A DNA stretch of 64,000 nucleotides, taken from NCBI RefSeq assembly GCF_006345805.1, contig NC_043003.1, forward strand, positions 98,828,001 to 98,892,000, in the 5' to 3' direction. The DNA comes from Octopus sinensis (lineage: Eukaryota). The notes below the pieces were generated by a model, which worked only from the letters and a program-made list of their open reading frames with translations, was not told the origin of the DNA and did not search any database. Below, piece after piece: positions 50,675 through 64,000 of this stretch. A program made the translations under genes and the position numbers. Within the stretch, counting starts at the first letter, position 1. The number at the start of each line of letters is the position of its first letter.

Positions 50675-50845
50675 ATATATGTATACATATATACGACGGG
50701 CTTCTTTCAGTTTCCGTCTACCAAATCCACTTACAAGTCTTTGGTCGGCCCGAGGCTATAGTAGAAGACACTTCCCTAAGGTTCCACGCAGTGGGACTGA
50801 ACCTGGAACCATGTGGTTCGTAAGCAAGCTACTTACCACACAGCT
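50435..50845 (-). mobile_element. SINE family B
   Basis: All modules except the extreme 5' end. Confidence 0.85.
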
Positions 50846-50847
50846 AC

Positions 50848-51225
50848 TGGAAGGGTGAGTGAAGGTGAAAGAAATGCTAACTCCCGGTGAATTTGTGAAA
50901 AGATGGGTAACTGTGACAAAAGCGGTTAGGGTCAATGAACCAACATTAAGCATGCGCCTGTTGATTGGAGAACACCATTTGGGAAAGGGTTTGTGACTTT
51001 GGTGGTTAAGGTAATCTTGTACCTATGGGGTTCCTTGATTGACCCTTGTAAGAGCTTCTCCAAAAAAAGGGTACTTTATTATTCCCGTTTTCACATACTT
51101 TTTATACTACGCACACTTGTATCTCATTTCAGCATCTATTATGAAATTTACCACACAAATTGTAAACTGTCCTTGTGATGTCCTCCCTCTTCTCTGATCT
51201 TGTGACTAATAAAAGAAAATCACTG
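50848..51225 (+). mobile_element. Tx1/L1-clade extreme 3' fragment
   Basis: RVKVKEMLTPGEFVKRW parallels LRVDREILPCSKFVER in the 62400 element; ends AATAAAAG. Confidence 0.5.
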
Positions 51226-51409
51226 TGCCGCGCCGGGCAAAATGCTAAGCAGTGTTTTGCCCGATCTTACGTTCTGAGTTCAAATCCCGCCGAGATCAAT
51301 TTTGCCCTTCATCCTTTCGGGGGTTGATGCAATAAATACTAGTCAAGAACTGGAGTCGATATAATCGACTAGATCCTTGTTCCTCTTACAGAAACGGTTA
51401 ATCAATCGT

Positions 51410-51552
51410 CGTCGTCGTCATCGTCGTCGTCATCATCATCATCATCGTCATCATCATCGTCGTCATCATCATCGTCATCGTCATCGTCATCATCGTCATC
51501 ATCATCGTCATCATCGTCATCGTCATCATCATCGTCATCATCATCATCATCG

Positions 51553-51590
<38 letters not shown>

Positions 51591-51640
51591 TCATCATCAT
51601 CATCATCATATTCATCATATTCATCATCATCATCATACTA
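51410..51640 (+). repeat. (CAT/CGT)n microsatellite
   Basis: Direct inspection. Confidence 0.95.
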
Positions 51641-51803
51641 AGACATGATAATTAAATTAGCAGCGTTGTTGTCTTGCTGTTTGGTCACAAAAAACTAAAA
51701 TCTCAAACATCTTAGCATTTTTACACTCTCAGAGCTGAGGTAAGAGTTTGTGTGTTATGCCAAGAGTACCAATTCTCTTCATCTCTCTCGCTAGGTCTTG
51801 ATA

Positions 51804-52174
51804 TTTATTACTTCCGCTTTAGCGAAGGCGGAGTTATTGTTTTTCAGTTGTGTTTGTTTGTCTGTTTGTCTGTGGACAAGGTATCTCAAGAACCGCTGGA
51901 TAGATTCGGATGAAACGTTCAGGGATGCTTGGCCTCGTAACTGGTAAAAACTTATTAGATTTTGGGATCGATTCGATACCTGACAAGGATTCTGGATCAT
52001 TTTGCTTGTTCTTTTTACTTAATTTTTCAGAGCGGTCGAGTTCACTTTTAGTATTCTCGTTTGTGAGAGCAGTCGAGTTTATTACAGATATTCTCATTTT
52101 AAATACCATTTCTGACTAATCGTTGAGACAACGTTGATGTAGTCTTGACGGAGGTTTGAGCTCTCTGGGTGCAC
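51804..52174 (+). mobile_element. Non-autonomous Helentron-associated (HINE/DINE-like) element
   Basis: 5' TTATTACTTCCGC..GCGGAGT inverted repeat, (GTTT/GTCT)n tract, 3' GACGGAGGT subterminal repeat followed by a decayed hairpin and a T-run. Confidence 0.65.
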
Positions 52175-52699
52175 TTTTTTCTTTTTTTTTTTCAATTTCT
52201 TTGGTGTACACACTATTAATACATAAAACTGCAAAATCTATGATTTGACATTTTCCTTTTGTCCACAGTAATCATAAACCTAGTCTTTGTGCATCAGTAG
52301 AATAGCCAGTCTTTACAAAGAAGTCCTAAACAATTCTATACATTATCATTCAAATTTATAATGTGTAGGAGAGTCGGTTGCCATTTTTTGTAGGTCGAAA
52401 ACATATAAGAATATATAATGTTTCCTTTTATTCATCATGAACTTCCTTTTATGTTTTGAAGTCTAAGTAAAACCACTTCACACTGAAGAACTCGACAAAG
52501 ATGTCACACAACTATTATGGAGACACAGTAGAAAAGAAAAAAATGAGATTCCAAAATTGTGGAGAAGATTAGAAAACTAATATGTGTAAAAATATTTAAT
52601 ACCACACTTGAATATATGTAAGCATGTTTAAGTCTGCAGATATATGCATGCGTGTGTGTGTGTGTGTGTCATAGATATGTACAAACATGCATGTGTAAA

Positions 52700-52738
<39 letters not shown>

Positions 52739-52780
52739 ACATATACGCACACACACACAGACACATATATACATACATAG

Positions 52781-52829
<49 letters not shown>

Positions 52830-52956
52830 CGTTAGTATATATGTATGAACAGATGGAGGCATAATGTAAAGTAAATGCATTTTTGCAAGTATATTATTAA
52901 TATAATTATTATTATTATTGTTATTATCATTATTATCATTATTATTATTATTATTA

Positions 52957-53000
<44 letters not shown>

Positions 53001-53442
53001 TCACTTAGGCGTGGATTGGGCGTACATAAAAACATGCATACACACACACGAATTTGTATATATGTGTATGTGTGTGTGTATGTTGTGTATATATATATAT
53101 GTGTGTGTTGGTGTGTGTATACATATAGGTATGTTTTATGGAGTAAGGTGAGTTTTTGTTATAGAGGTTATCGCAAAATATGCTAAATAAATTTAAGCGC
53201 ATCACGTGCACTCACAAACACACACACATACTCTCACACACGTGTGTGTAAGTGAGTACGAGAGTATATATGTGTGAGTGTATTTGTGTGTGTAAATATG
53301 TGTGTATCACAGTTTCGTGTAAATGTAGCATATGCATACATGCTCAAATACCTTGCTGTCTTCTTTTCCATTATACTCTCTCTCTCACACACAAACATAT
53401 ATATATATATATATATATAATATATATGTATATATGTATGTA

Positions 53443-53493
<51 letters not shown>

Positions 53494-53504
53494 ATATATA
53501 TATA

Positions 53505-53541
<37 letters not shown>

Positions 53542-53816
53542 CTATATATATATTATATGCAGTGTATATAAAATAATACAATTATTAGTATATATATTTG
53601 TATATTTACTTGCATATAGAGTATACATATGTCTTAATATCTTACGGCATGCATATATACATATTATAATTATATTATAGTGTGTGGGTATATGTATATG
53701 TGTTGGCACGCGCTAATAAATATCTGTTTTTAACTGATGTTCTCACAATATACATATGTGTTATATGCATATATGTACACATGCATGCTGGTATGTATGG
53801 ACGGATGCATGCATGT

Positions 53817-53858
<42 letters not shown>

Positions 53859-54609
53859 ATATAATATACATAATATATATATAAATATAACATGTATATA
53901 TATATATATATATAATATATGCAATATATGTGTGTTTGTGTATATTATATATATGCGGTGTGTTGTGGTGTGTGTGTGTGGTGGGTGTGTGTGTGTGGTG
54001 TGTTGGTGTGTATTCCATGTATGTATATAATATAATATGTATATGTATATATATGTATATGTATATATGTATATGTATATATGTTTGTATTATGAATGGC
54101 CGCAGAAAACAAAGGGGTGATGAACGGAGAGAATTGCTAGCAAAGGTGCTTCTTGAGTTTTTAACATTTTGTTTCGCCTGTGGCCCCCTCTTTATGAACA
54201 TTACGGGGGAGGAATGAAGGAAATATGGAGCCTGATAACGAATGACGTAGAGGTAAAGAAATTAACAGAAGGGAGAGGAAATGAGGTGGAAGTCTTTAAT
54301 TCTTGAAAATTAAAAATGTTAAGCCATGCGTAAAGCGAAAAAACCTTAGTTTTAGTGAAAGGCATATGGAGAAGTGTAAAATATCTCTTGTAAGTAGCTG
54401 ATGTTGTTGGGGGCTGAACACTTATTGTACAGACAGAAATAAATGGTTATGCATGCGCATATGCGTAAGTGCGTGCGTGCGCATGTGTGAGTGAGTGAGT
54501 GTGTGAGTGAGTAAGAGAGTGAGTGAGTGAGTGGGTGAGTGAATGAGTGAGTAGAGTGAGTGAGTGAATGAGTGAGTGAGCATATATATATACATTCGTA
54601 TATATATTC

Positions 54610-54830
54610 GTGGTAGAAACGTTAGCACGCCGGGCGAAATGCGTATCCGTATTTCGTCTGTCGATACGTTCCGAGTTCAAATTCCGCCGAGGTCGACTTT
54701 GCCTTTCATCCTTTCGGGGTCGATAAATTAAGTACCAGTTACGCACTGAGGTCGATATAATCGACTTAATACCTATGTCTGTCCTTGTTTGTCCCCTCTA
54801 TGTTTAGCCCCTTGTGGGCAATAAAGAAAT
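54610..54830 (+). mobile_element. SINE family C, young-looking
   Basis: Near-consensus core and tail module. Confidence 0.85.
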
Positions 54831-55412
54831 ATATATATATATACATTCGTGCATGTGTTACAACGTGCATGCATTTACGAATTTACGTACGTATATATTT
54901 AACTGTTTTTATGTGTACGCTTTTTGTGCACGTACACGTGTTTGTGTGTATGTACGTGTGAGTGTGTGAATGTGTGTTTGTGTCTGCGTGTGAGTACATG
55001 TGAACAATACGTGTATATTTGTGTGTGTGTTATTATTTGAACATTGTGTGTGCATGTGTGTGAATGTGTGTGTGTGTCTGTGATATGTGCGCGTATATAT
55101 ATACGTGTACATCTGCTTACATGCAGAATTTTTGTGTGTCTGTATGTGTGCGTGTGTATCTATGTATGTGTGTACATGACTACATATCTGAAGTTGGTCG
55201 AGATTTTTAATGGGTAAAGTACTGTAATTCGTATCTCATATATATGTATGTGTATATATATATGTATGTGTATATATATATATGTACGTGTATTATATAT
55301 ATATGTTGTATGTATGTATGTATGTATGATGTATGTATGGATGTATGTATGTGTATGTATGCATGTATGTATGTGCGTATGCATGTATATATAGTATATA
55401 TATATATATATA

Positions 55413-55449
<37 letters not shown>

Positions 55450-55451
55450 AA

Positions 55452-56087
55452 TTTCTTTAAAATTATTGAATTGCCCGATTCCTCCAAAATATATGAACGA
55501 GTTAATCTTTACATATTTGCTAGTAACTATCCAACAACTGGATATTATTGTGTACGTGTGACCCTTATCAAGTCATAATAGTGATTATAGGCAACTTGAC
55601 ATCCCATACTTGATTCCTAAAATAGTACACTTCAAAAGCAACCGCAACATAATTCAGATTTTCAACGACAATATTTTTGCTCACCACGCATTGCAAGTTG
55701 ACGAAACAATTGTACGTTTTAGAATGTGAAGCCAGTCCCTACGGTAGTTAACTTTACATTTGTTTAGCGCAAAAGGAAGATGGAATTGTTAAAAAATAAT
55801 AAAATACAAGAGCACTGCAAAATGTACAATTGTTTCGTCAACTTGCAATGCCTGGGAAGGTAAAGCATTGTCACCGAGTCTGAATTACATTTCGGCTGCT
55901 TTTTAAGCTGTATTATTTGATAAATCAAACACTATGAAATTTGTTATTAAGTTACATATAATGACTAAATGAACCGATAAATGCCATACGAATACAATGT
56001 GATCCAGCTGTTGGATAGTTATTAGCAAATATATAAACATTTACTCATTCATCCTTTGGAATCGTCCAACTCAATAATTTCAAAGAA
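55452..56087. mobile_element. Fold-back element (~635 bp)
   Basis: Terminal arms of ~110 bp (e.g. ATATTTGCTAGTAACTATCCAACA.CTGGAT and its reverse complement); perfect internal 28-bp inverted pair at 55688-55715 and 55824-55851. Confidence 0.78.
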
Positions 56088-56194
56088 GAAACGTCATTAT
56101 TCTATCAACTGCAAGATATATTTTACAACCAAGGAGGCCCATGGAATGCCAGGAGTTAGCATAAGATATTTACATTATTTGATAATTAGCTTAA

Positions 56195-56400
56195 GGCGCA
56201 GGCTGGTAGAATCATTAACACACCGGACAAAAAAAAAGCTTAGCGGCATTTCGTCTGTCTGTACGTTCTAAGTTCAAACTCCATTGAGGTCGACTTTGTC
56301 TTTCATCTTTTTGAGGTTGATATGTGTACTAGTTGAGCACTGAGGTCGATATGATCGACCTAACCCCACTTATGCCAAAATTTGAAATCATTATTAAACA
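56195..56400 (+). mobile_element. SINE family C
   Basis: Head and core recognisable. Confidence 0.7.
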
Positions 56401-57804
56401 GCTAGCTTCTTTTGGCAAATAAATGTCTCTTCCGACAAGGCAGAAATACCTTGGGTTTTTCAAGGTGATGGGAAGTAAGGTATATTTATATACATGTTTT
56501 CTCAGAAGTTGATATTACCTGGGGAAAAGCATTAAACTGCATCTGGTAGGGATTCTCTAACACAACTTTAGGGATTGTGGACTTAGCCCTTTTAATCGGC
56601 ACTACTACCAAGTTCGTTCTGGCTCGATAATGTAGTACCTGTGCAGGGTCTCGCTTATAGCTCAAATAGCTGAAATGGTTCTATGGCTAAAGAAAGTAGA
56701 ACTTTGAAGACGGTTGATACCGACACATGTGTGACACAGGCCCACCGGTGTATATATAAGTCTTGGTGTCACGTGAATCAGTCTTCTGCCTTGAGGTTAA
56801 ATGAGCCTTACACTTGAAGAACAAGCTGTGGGAGCGGGAAACAAGAAGGGTAATCTATTAATAAACCAACAAAGGGCAACGAGAAACCGCTGTATCATGC
56901 ATAAGAGAAATCACGAATATTCAGATTTTGACCTGGACCGTCGAGGATTCTAGACATGGCACATGAAGGAATAACAACCTTAATTACTAAGGTAAATGAC
57001 GTGAAAGAGTTTATAGAGAAGAGAACTAAAACCATCTTCTTTAAATATTACCTTCTCCGATATTCTTATTCTAGTCAAAAGTATTCATATGTTCTTTCAT
57101 TCAAAAACTGACCCGATAAATAAACGTAAGCTACCAGTCCTTCATTTCTCAATACCCCCATCTCCTGCGGAATTTCCGGATAAGACGTCGAGGAAGGAAA
57201 CTAAGGACTATTAGTTCTTTAGTTTGGCACCCTATCCTTCCTGCCAACTCGTCACTCTTCCTCTGGTATAGATAACATATAGGTTCCACTCTAAAAGACT
57301 CTGGAGTACGATTTCATTACTTCCGATTAAATTGTCGATTCTGTATGATTTCAATACATCCAATTAAATTGGCTTCAGTTCAAGCATTGTTTTGTTTTTG
57401 TAATTATTACTACTGAATAAAATCCACATCAGGTCTGTTTGAGTAAACTTATGATGAAAGATGTTCCATTCAGACCAGATCAATTTGGTCACTTTTAATG
57501 CTTTGTTTCTCCAGAATTATATTACACTATGAGTCCTTCCTCTTTTAATGGTTTAGAGAGAGAGAGAGATGAGGGACATCTGAATGTTATTTATTGTAGG
57601 TCGACCGATCACGCTAAAGCTGCTTGTTGACTTGGAGACAAGCTTTTTTCTATCAATTCAGTGAAGAGAGAGAACGTATGTGTTGGGGGTTCTCGGTGAT
57701 AGATTGAAATTAAATTCTGTAAGATTTTTGGTTTGACGATCTAGAGGTTCAGCGTCCCAACTACCCTACGATACTGCTGTAAGAATAATGATAACAACAT
57801 TATA

Positions 57805-58740
57805 GACACAAGGCCGGAAATTTGGGGTGAAGGGGCTTAGACGATTACATAGATTCCGAAGGTATCAAGAGCAAAGTCAACCTCAAAAGAATTTGAACTC
57901 AGAACGACAGGAGGGACGAAATGCCGCTAAGCATTTTGCCCGGCATGCTAACGATTCTGCCAGCACACCAACTTTCAACATCCCTTAACCTTTACTTGCC
58001 CTAGGGTACTGGGTGTTTCCCGGCAAGTGATTGGATCAAACATGCAGATGAAAAGTAAATAATAATAGTAATAATGCTTTCTGCTAAAGGTACAAGGCCG
58101 GAAATTTGTTGGGAGAGGACTAGTCGATTACATCAACCCCAGTGAATAACCGGTACTTAATTTATCGACCCCGAAAGGATGAAAGGCAAAGTCGACCTCG
58201 GCGGAATTTGAACTCAGAACGTAGCGGCAGACGAAATACCTATTTCTTTACTACCCACAAGGGGCTAAACACAGAGAGGACAAACAAGGACAGACAAACG
58301 GATTAAGTCGATTATATCGACTCCAGTGCGTAACTGGTACTTATTTAATCGACCCCGAAAGGATGAAAGGCAAAGTCGACCTCGACAGAATTTGAACTCG
58401 GAACGTAGCGGCAGGCGAAATACCGGTAAGCATTTCGCCCGGCGTTCTAACGATTCCGCCAGCTCGCCGTCTTTCAATATCTCTTAACCTTCACTTGTCC
58501 TAGAGTGCTGGGTGTGTTCCAGCACGTGATTGCATCAAATATACAGATTAGCATTTTCGGGGAAAGGGCTAAGTCGGTTACATCGACTCCAGTGCTCAAT
58601 TGATACTTATTTTATCGACCCCGAAAGGATGAAAGTCAAAGAGGATCTCAGCAGGATTTGAATTCAGAATGTAAAGAATCAGAACAAATACTGCAAAAAA
58701 TTTTGCCCACGTTCTTGCTTTTCTGCCAATCCACCACGTT
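57805..58740 (-). mobile_element. Cluster of family C SINEs, including a 184-bp-period dimer at 58095-58480
   Basis: Repeated CGACCCCGAAAGGATGAAAGGCAAAGTCGACCTCG. Confidence 0.82.
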
Positions 58741-59948
58741 AATAACTATTGCTAACCTAAGTTCAAAACCAAAACTTGGTGGTCGAAGGAATTAGATGAT
58801 CAAGTAAACCGATGCTATATTTTAGCCAGCCGGTGAGTTCAAGTGCCACCGAGGTCGACTTTGCGATTCTCCCTTCGAAGGGCCGGTACAATAAATACCA
58901 GTCGAGCACAGAGATCTATGTAATCAACTTTTCCTTGTTCCCAATATTGCAAGTTTTGTACTAAAATTAGAAGGAATATTTTATCTACCCGAAAAGATAA
59001 AGATGTGTTTACCTGGATGAGATTTCAATCCAGAATCTAAAGATCCGGAATAAACATCGAATAGCATTTTTTTCCGATGAAAGTATTTTTCGAACCTAAA
59101 ATATTATATTTATTGTAAGGTGGAGCGTTCACGCTAAAGCTGTCTTGTTGCCTTGGAAACATGTTTTGTATTTTTTCTATCAATTCAGGGGGCTTTTGGG
59201 GGTTTCTCAGCATATTAGGTCTGATGCTCTATAGGTTATTTAGCAAGGCATTTTGCTCGAAGCTCTAACGATTCTGTCAATTCATTATTTTCTTACTTAA
59301 GTAGATCAGAGAAATACACAAAAGAGCTTTAACCGATTTAATCGACCCCAATAGTTTAACAGATACAATATTTTATCAACCCCGGAAGTATGAATGGCAA
59401 AGTTGACATCGGCGGGACTAAGGGCTTCAAATATAGGCTCAATGCTACATATTTTCGAGAAAGGTGTAAACAAATTAACTGACCCTATACGACTAATACT
59501 AATGTTATCCTCAGAGGAATAATAAAAGACGATATGGGTTTGACTTATGAGTAACCTGTACATATAAGTATGCATGTATCTGTAACAACGTGCAATTTTA
59601 TCTCTACTACATTTGTATGTAAGTGTGCATGTGGTAGGTCTGTTGGTTTAGATAACAACAAAGTACAGCTGAAAGTATTTCAGTGTTGCTGCGAAGATAA
59701 GTCAAGTGCATTCAACTCACCTCCCTGCAACCTCCCCGCTTAAGTTTCACATTATGCCTATCTGTCCATTTCTCACTCTTTCACACATGATGTCTGTCTG
59801 TCCGTTTCTCGCTCTTTCAAACTATATCTGCATTTCAGTTACGCTATCTCCCTATATCACTCTATCTCTCTATCCGCGCGAGTCTCTCTCTGTGTGTATA
59901 TATATATATATATATAATATATATATATATATATAATATACATATATA

Positions 59949-60478
59949 GGCAAAGGCATGGCTGTGTTATCAAGAAGTTCGCATTGTACTCACGTGGTTT
60001 CAGATTCAGTTCCAGTACGGCCATGCTGGAGCCCCGCCTTTAGTCGAAGAAATCGACCCAAGGACTTATTCTTTGTAAGCCTAGTATTTATTCTGTGGGT
60101 CTCTTTTTCGGAACTGCTAGATAAACAGGCACATAAACACACAAACATCGGTTGTCAAGTGATGTGGGTGGGGAAAATAGATGCAAAGACACACACACAT
60201 AATATATATATATATATATGTGTATGTATATACATATATTATATATATACATATGTATATACATATATATATATATATGTATGTATATATATATAAATAT
60301 ATACATATATATATACACACGATGGGTTTCTTTAAGTTTCTGTCTACCAAATCCATTCACAGGACATAGGTCGGCCCGAGGCTATAGTAGAAGACACTTG
60401 CCCAAGTTGCCACGCAGTGGGAATGAACTCGAAACCGTGTGGTTGGGAAGCAAGCTACTTACCACACAACCACTCGAC
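59949..60478. mobile_element. Family B plus-strand head fused to a minus-strand family B copy
   Basis: Junction at ~60016 (TCCAGTACGGCC). Confidence 0.7.
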
Positions 60479-60479
60479 A

Positions 60480-60930
60480 CAAAATATGGGGGCTTAGTTC
60501 ACAGGGGATCTAAACGACTAAGTACGCTAGATAAATGCTGTAACGGATTACTAGGGCTCCAATTTATGGAGCCATTGCAAATTTTCGATCAAGCGGTTAT
60601 ATAATTGTTAAAGAGGAGAACAAACGTTGATATGTTTGCGTCTACTTCTGGATATTTACACTATAGGGACTTTAACCTACATGGATTTACACAGGATTGC
60701 ACCTAAGGACTTACAGACTTACTTCTACACGATCGGAAAATTGAACTGTGAACTTTATGCTTCTTTCTTCTTCTCTTCCTAGATCTCCTTATTCCTCTAT
60801 TCCTGTCCTGTGTGTCGTCATTTTATTAATCTATACCCTTCTCGTTTTTCCAATTTGTCTCCGATGACGGAATATCCCAGAAACAGGTGTAAGACTTTGA
60901 ATCTTTTCCAATAATAATAATGTATGACTT
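60480..60930 (+). mobile_element. PLE 3' fragment with hammerhead motif (60857-60895)
   Basis: Frame-broken FWIFTL..L.P.G trace (WIxxLxTLxPxGLN-like); GUCU-CCGAUGA-CGGA(AUA)UCCCA-GAAAC-AGGU-GUA/AGAC; (TA)n shortly downstream. Confidence 0.55.
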
Positions 60931-60959
60931 TGCCGTGCCCTAACGTTATCCTCTTAAAC

Positions 60960-61038
<79 letters not shown>

Positions 61039-61086
61039 TAGTATATATGTATACTATGTATGTATGTATGTATGTATGTATATGTA

Positions 61087-61239
61087 CGACCCGTGTATAC
61101 CGTTGGCGATTTTTTTCCTTCGTCTTCCCTTCCTTGGATCTTTCCTTTTCCTATGTTTCTGACGAAGAGCTCCGCACGAAACGTTAAATCCTCCTTATTT
61201 CTTTTGTTGTGTTTCCTCCTTGTGGTTTCATGTTTGGAT

Positions 61240-61244
<5 letters not shown>
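61087..61244 (+). mobile_element. Solo PLE pseudo-LTR with hammerhead motif (61155-61189)
   Basis: GUUU-CUGACGA-A-GAGC(UCC)GCAC-GAAAC-GUU/AAAU; same 3' end as 40459 (CATGTTTGGATTAACT then (AT)n). Confidence 0.7.
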
Positions 61245-61299
<55 letters not shown>

Positions 61300-62337
61300 G
61301 AAGCCCACATAAACATATTTATGCATATGCGTATAATATACATAAAAATTCACATGGACTTTCTCTATTCAAATCACCCTTCATTTACAGATAATAAAAA
61401 AAATCTGTTCAACAGCTAGAGATGTTGGCAATGCTGTGCAAAGCCACCACATCTGTAATTGCCTTTTGACGTCAGTTTCTCTCCGCCTGCTTATCTTTCT
61501 TGTCTTTCTACCTGGCTTAACGCAAGCTTGTCTCCCCCCCTCTCTCTCTCCCACTGTCTATCTGAGACTGCCGATCGACTTGGTTGCTTCTACGTCAGTC
61601 TGTCAGATGCTATTTATGTTTATCATTGTTGTTCTTGCTGCAGTTGTTCAACCAAAAGTCATATTTAACTAGACAGACCAATAACTAAAGGCATCACATA
61701 CTTTTAGGGGCTATCTAAGGTTAGAGTTATCAAATGATTCATTTCCTTTATTTATAATGTTATTTAAGTAATGTGATTTAAGGGACAGTTGACTGTCAAA
61801 TTTTAGCAGATAGTTTCTTATATATATTTTTACACACACACACACAACACACACACACACACACAAAAGCACACACAGTAACATACACACACACACTCAC
61901 ACATAAACACGCATGGTAATATTTACTGCTTTTTTTTACTGTAATTTTTACTCTGAGTAAAAATGGATTTTTTTTTTAAATGTTCGCTACCTAACAAAAA
62001 CTATATCAGGTAAGCAAACGACCTTCTCCAAATGTATTAAAAGTGCAAAAACATATTCAGAACACTATTTCAGGAAATTATCCTCCGTTCTCTTTGTACA
62101 TATAGAAGAGAAATTTAGTTGAGACAAAATGAATAAGGCAAAACAAGGTAAATTTGCTTCTTCAATTCTCAAGGAATTACATCTGTAAAGAGACTCAGTA
62201 TAAACCCCCGGTAGAGACAATATCTTCAATCAACAACCTCACGATATTGTATACTGTGCGACGTATACTGTGCCACAGCTCGTGAGCTGAAACTAGAATC
62301 AATCAATCAATAATAATAATAATAATAATGGTGGCGA

Positions 62338-62390
<53 letters not shown>

Positions 62391-62399
62391 TAGTAGTAA

Positions 62400-63365
62400 T
62401 TTAGTCTTTTATTTGTCTCAAGGGTCGCATACAAAACATTAATTGACATACAACATATAAGACAAAAACAGGACTATACAATGGGTTTTTGCGTGTACAC
62501 AATGTAATAACAATAAAAATTGAACAAATTAAAACTCCCAATAGGGAAGGCGCTTTAAGGTCCTCGTGGAAAAACCCACAAAAGCCACGGGTGCCTGAAC
62601 AATAGGGCAAGAGTCCTTCTCCTTTTTTTTACAGGTGCTCGCTCAGAATTGGTCCTTTAACACTGGCCATTCTTCCAACATTCACCTATCTTTCAACAAA
62701 CTTGCTACAAGGCAAAATTTCCCTATCCACCCTCAACTTTTTTTTCAAGTGAAACTTTAAAAAGTTGATGAGGGCTTGCCCAAAGAGGAAAGTGTCTGTC
62801 TTTAATCCTCATTCGCTACAACCACTAGAGAAATAAAAATTACCTGCCCCTCCCAGCCAAAAGAGGGCGGTGGAGCAATCTTCACAATAATAGCCGAATT
62901 CGTCCTACACGTGCCAGCAGGTGTTCAACATAAACCTACAGGTCCGTAATACTCGGGCACTGGCCTAGGGCGTGAAGAACGGTTTCATCGTTCTGAACGC
63001 ACCTCGGGCAGGACCGGCTGACAGTACTTCCGTATCTGTAAAATTTATCCCGAACAGGCAGCAACCCTCGGTAGCACTGCCAGGCAAGGGATTTCTGGAA
63101 GTTAACCATAGTCCCAAGCCCGAAAGTTCTCCGAAACGGACCGGTTAGTTGATCTTCATCGACGCCTAGAGTTTCCCTGAGGACATCGTCACAATATCCC
63201 TCCACTAGCCCTCTATAGAACGTTAGAGCGGAACTACCACCAACCGCATTGTTCGCCTGGCGGAGGGTTGTGAGTGCTTGACGGCACTCGAAGTGCCAAG
63301 CGCCCCTCCTCGGTCTACGCCTTATCTAGGATTACAGCTCAGTCAAAGAGTAACTGCTCAACTAG
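62400..63365 (-). mobile_element. Tx1/L1-clade retrotransposon 3' fragment
   Basis: SLAWQCYRGLLPVRDK..SCPRCVQNDETVLHALGQCP (L1/Tx1 C-terminal zinc knuckle), KFVER, then AATAAA followed by a (TAC)n array. Confidence 0.8.
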
Positions 63366-63369
63366 GTAT

Positions 63370-64000
63370 CAGGACGACACAGAAAATGACCAACTATATC
63401 AATAGACCTCCTTAGTAGAAGGTAGCAATATAAAGAGATCGGATCTCCGCGGGCGGATGTATCATTTCTCAATGAACTTACTAGAGGAGTAAATGTTAAG
63501 ACGAAACGAGCTAGAAAAATCAAGCAAAAATATAATATCAAAGATTTTATAAACATCTCTGCAACCAAGGAACAATTGAAACAAAGAATACAGCTGAAGG
63601 CCCAACGGCTTAAAATGTATGACAAACGAATCAAATTTTATCAACAAAACAAGATATTCAAGACAGATGCAAAGGAAATTGGCAAAAGTAAGATAGAAGT
63701 GAAGGAGCCACCTAAGACTGAGGAAATGGAAGAGTTCTGGAAGAAGATATGGAAAAACAAAAAAGAATATAATGCTGAAGCTGTCTGGATAGAGTGTGAG
63801 AAAGTGAGACTGGATGAAGTTAGAGAGCAGAAATGGGATGCAATAAGAATACAAGAGCTAAGATGTGTTCTTAGGAAGTCTCACAGTTGGAAAACCCCAG
63901 GACTGGGCCGAATTCCTGACTTCTGGCTAAATTGTCTGACAGAAGTATACAAAAAATTACGCTGCATCTCTGACTGATGTCATCAAGAACCCAGAGCAAA
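63370..64000 (+). mobile_element. R4/Dong pre-RT region (runs off the window)
   Basis: KQRIQLKAQRLKMYDKRIKFYQQNKIFKTDAK..EEFWKKIW..SWKTPGLGRIPDFWL, typical of the R4-clade N-terminal extension of RT. Confidence 0.82.

Noticed and set aside
56400-57070. CR1/L2 RT remnant
   Set aside because: Only faint frame-broken resemblance; cannot be supported by eye.

Overview
AT-rich, microsatellite-saturated eukaryotic DNA with a 100-N assembly gap at 30154-30253. The SINE repertoire looks cephalopod (Octopus-like); this is recognition from memory, not a database hit. I find no supportable host-gene exon, tRNA or rRNA, and nearly all long ORFs in the track are microsatellite artefacts. The recognisable content is decayed mobile DNA: (i) many fragments of R4/Dong-clade non-LTR retrotransposons (restriction-like endonuclease), sitting in (TAA)n arrays, two with twin-priming-type 5' inversions; (ii) Penelope-like elements (PLEs) of about three lineages, including a Naiad-type element split at the codons of its GIY-YIG 'YIG' motif by a nested SINE and a Neptune-type PLE, and carrying an in-frame TGA at a conserved Cys; (iii) about eight minimal hammerhead-ribozyme motifs in PLE pseudo-LTRs, including two recurrent core variants (CCGAUGA, CUGUNGA); (iv) Tx1/L1, RTE, mariner and Helentron remnants and two ~630-bp fold-back elements; (v) three or more tRNA-derived SINE families showing module swapping, head-to-tail multimers and a SINE-derived 34-bp minisatellite. 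The overall pattern is that different retroelement classes appear to occupy different microsatellite motifs.
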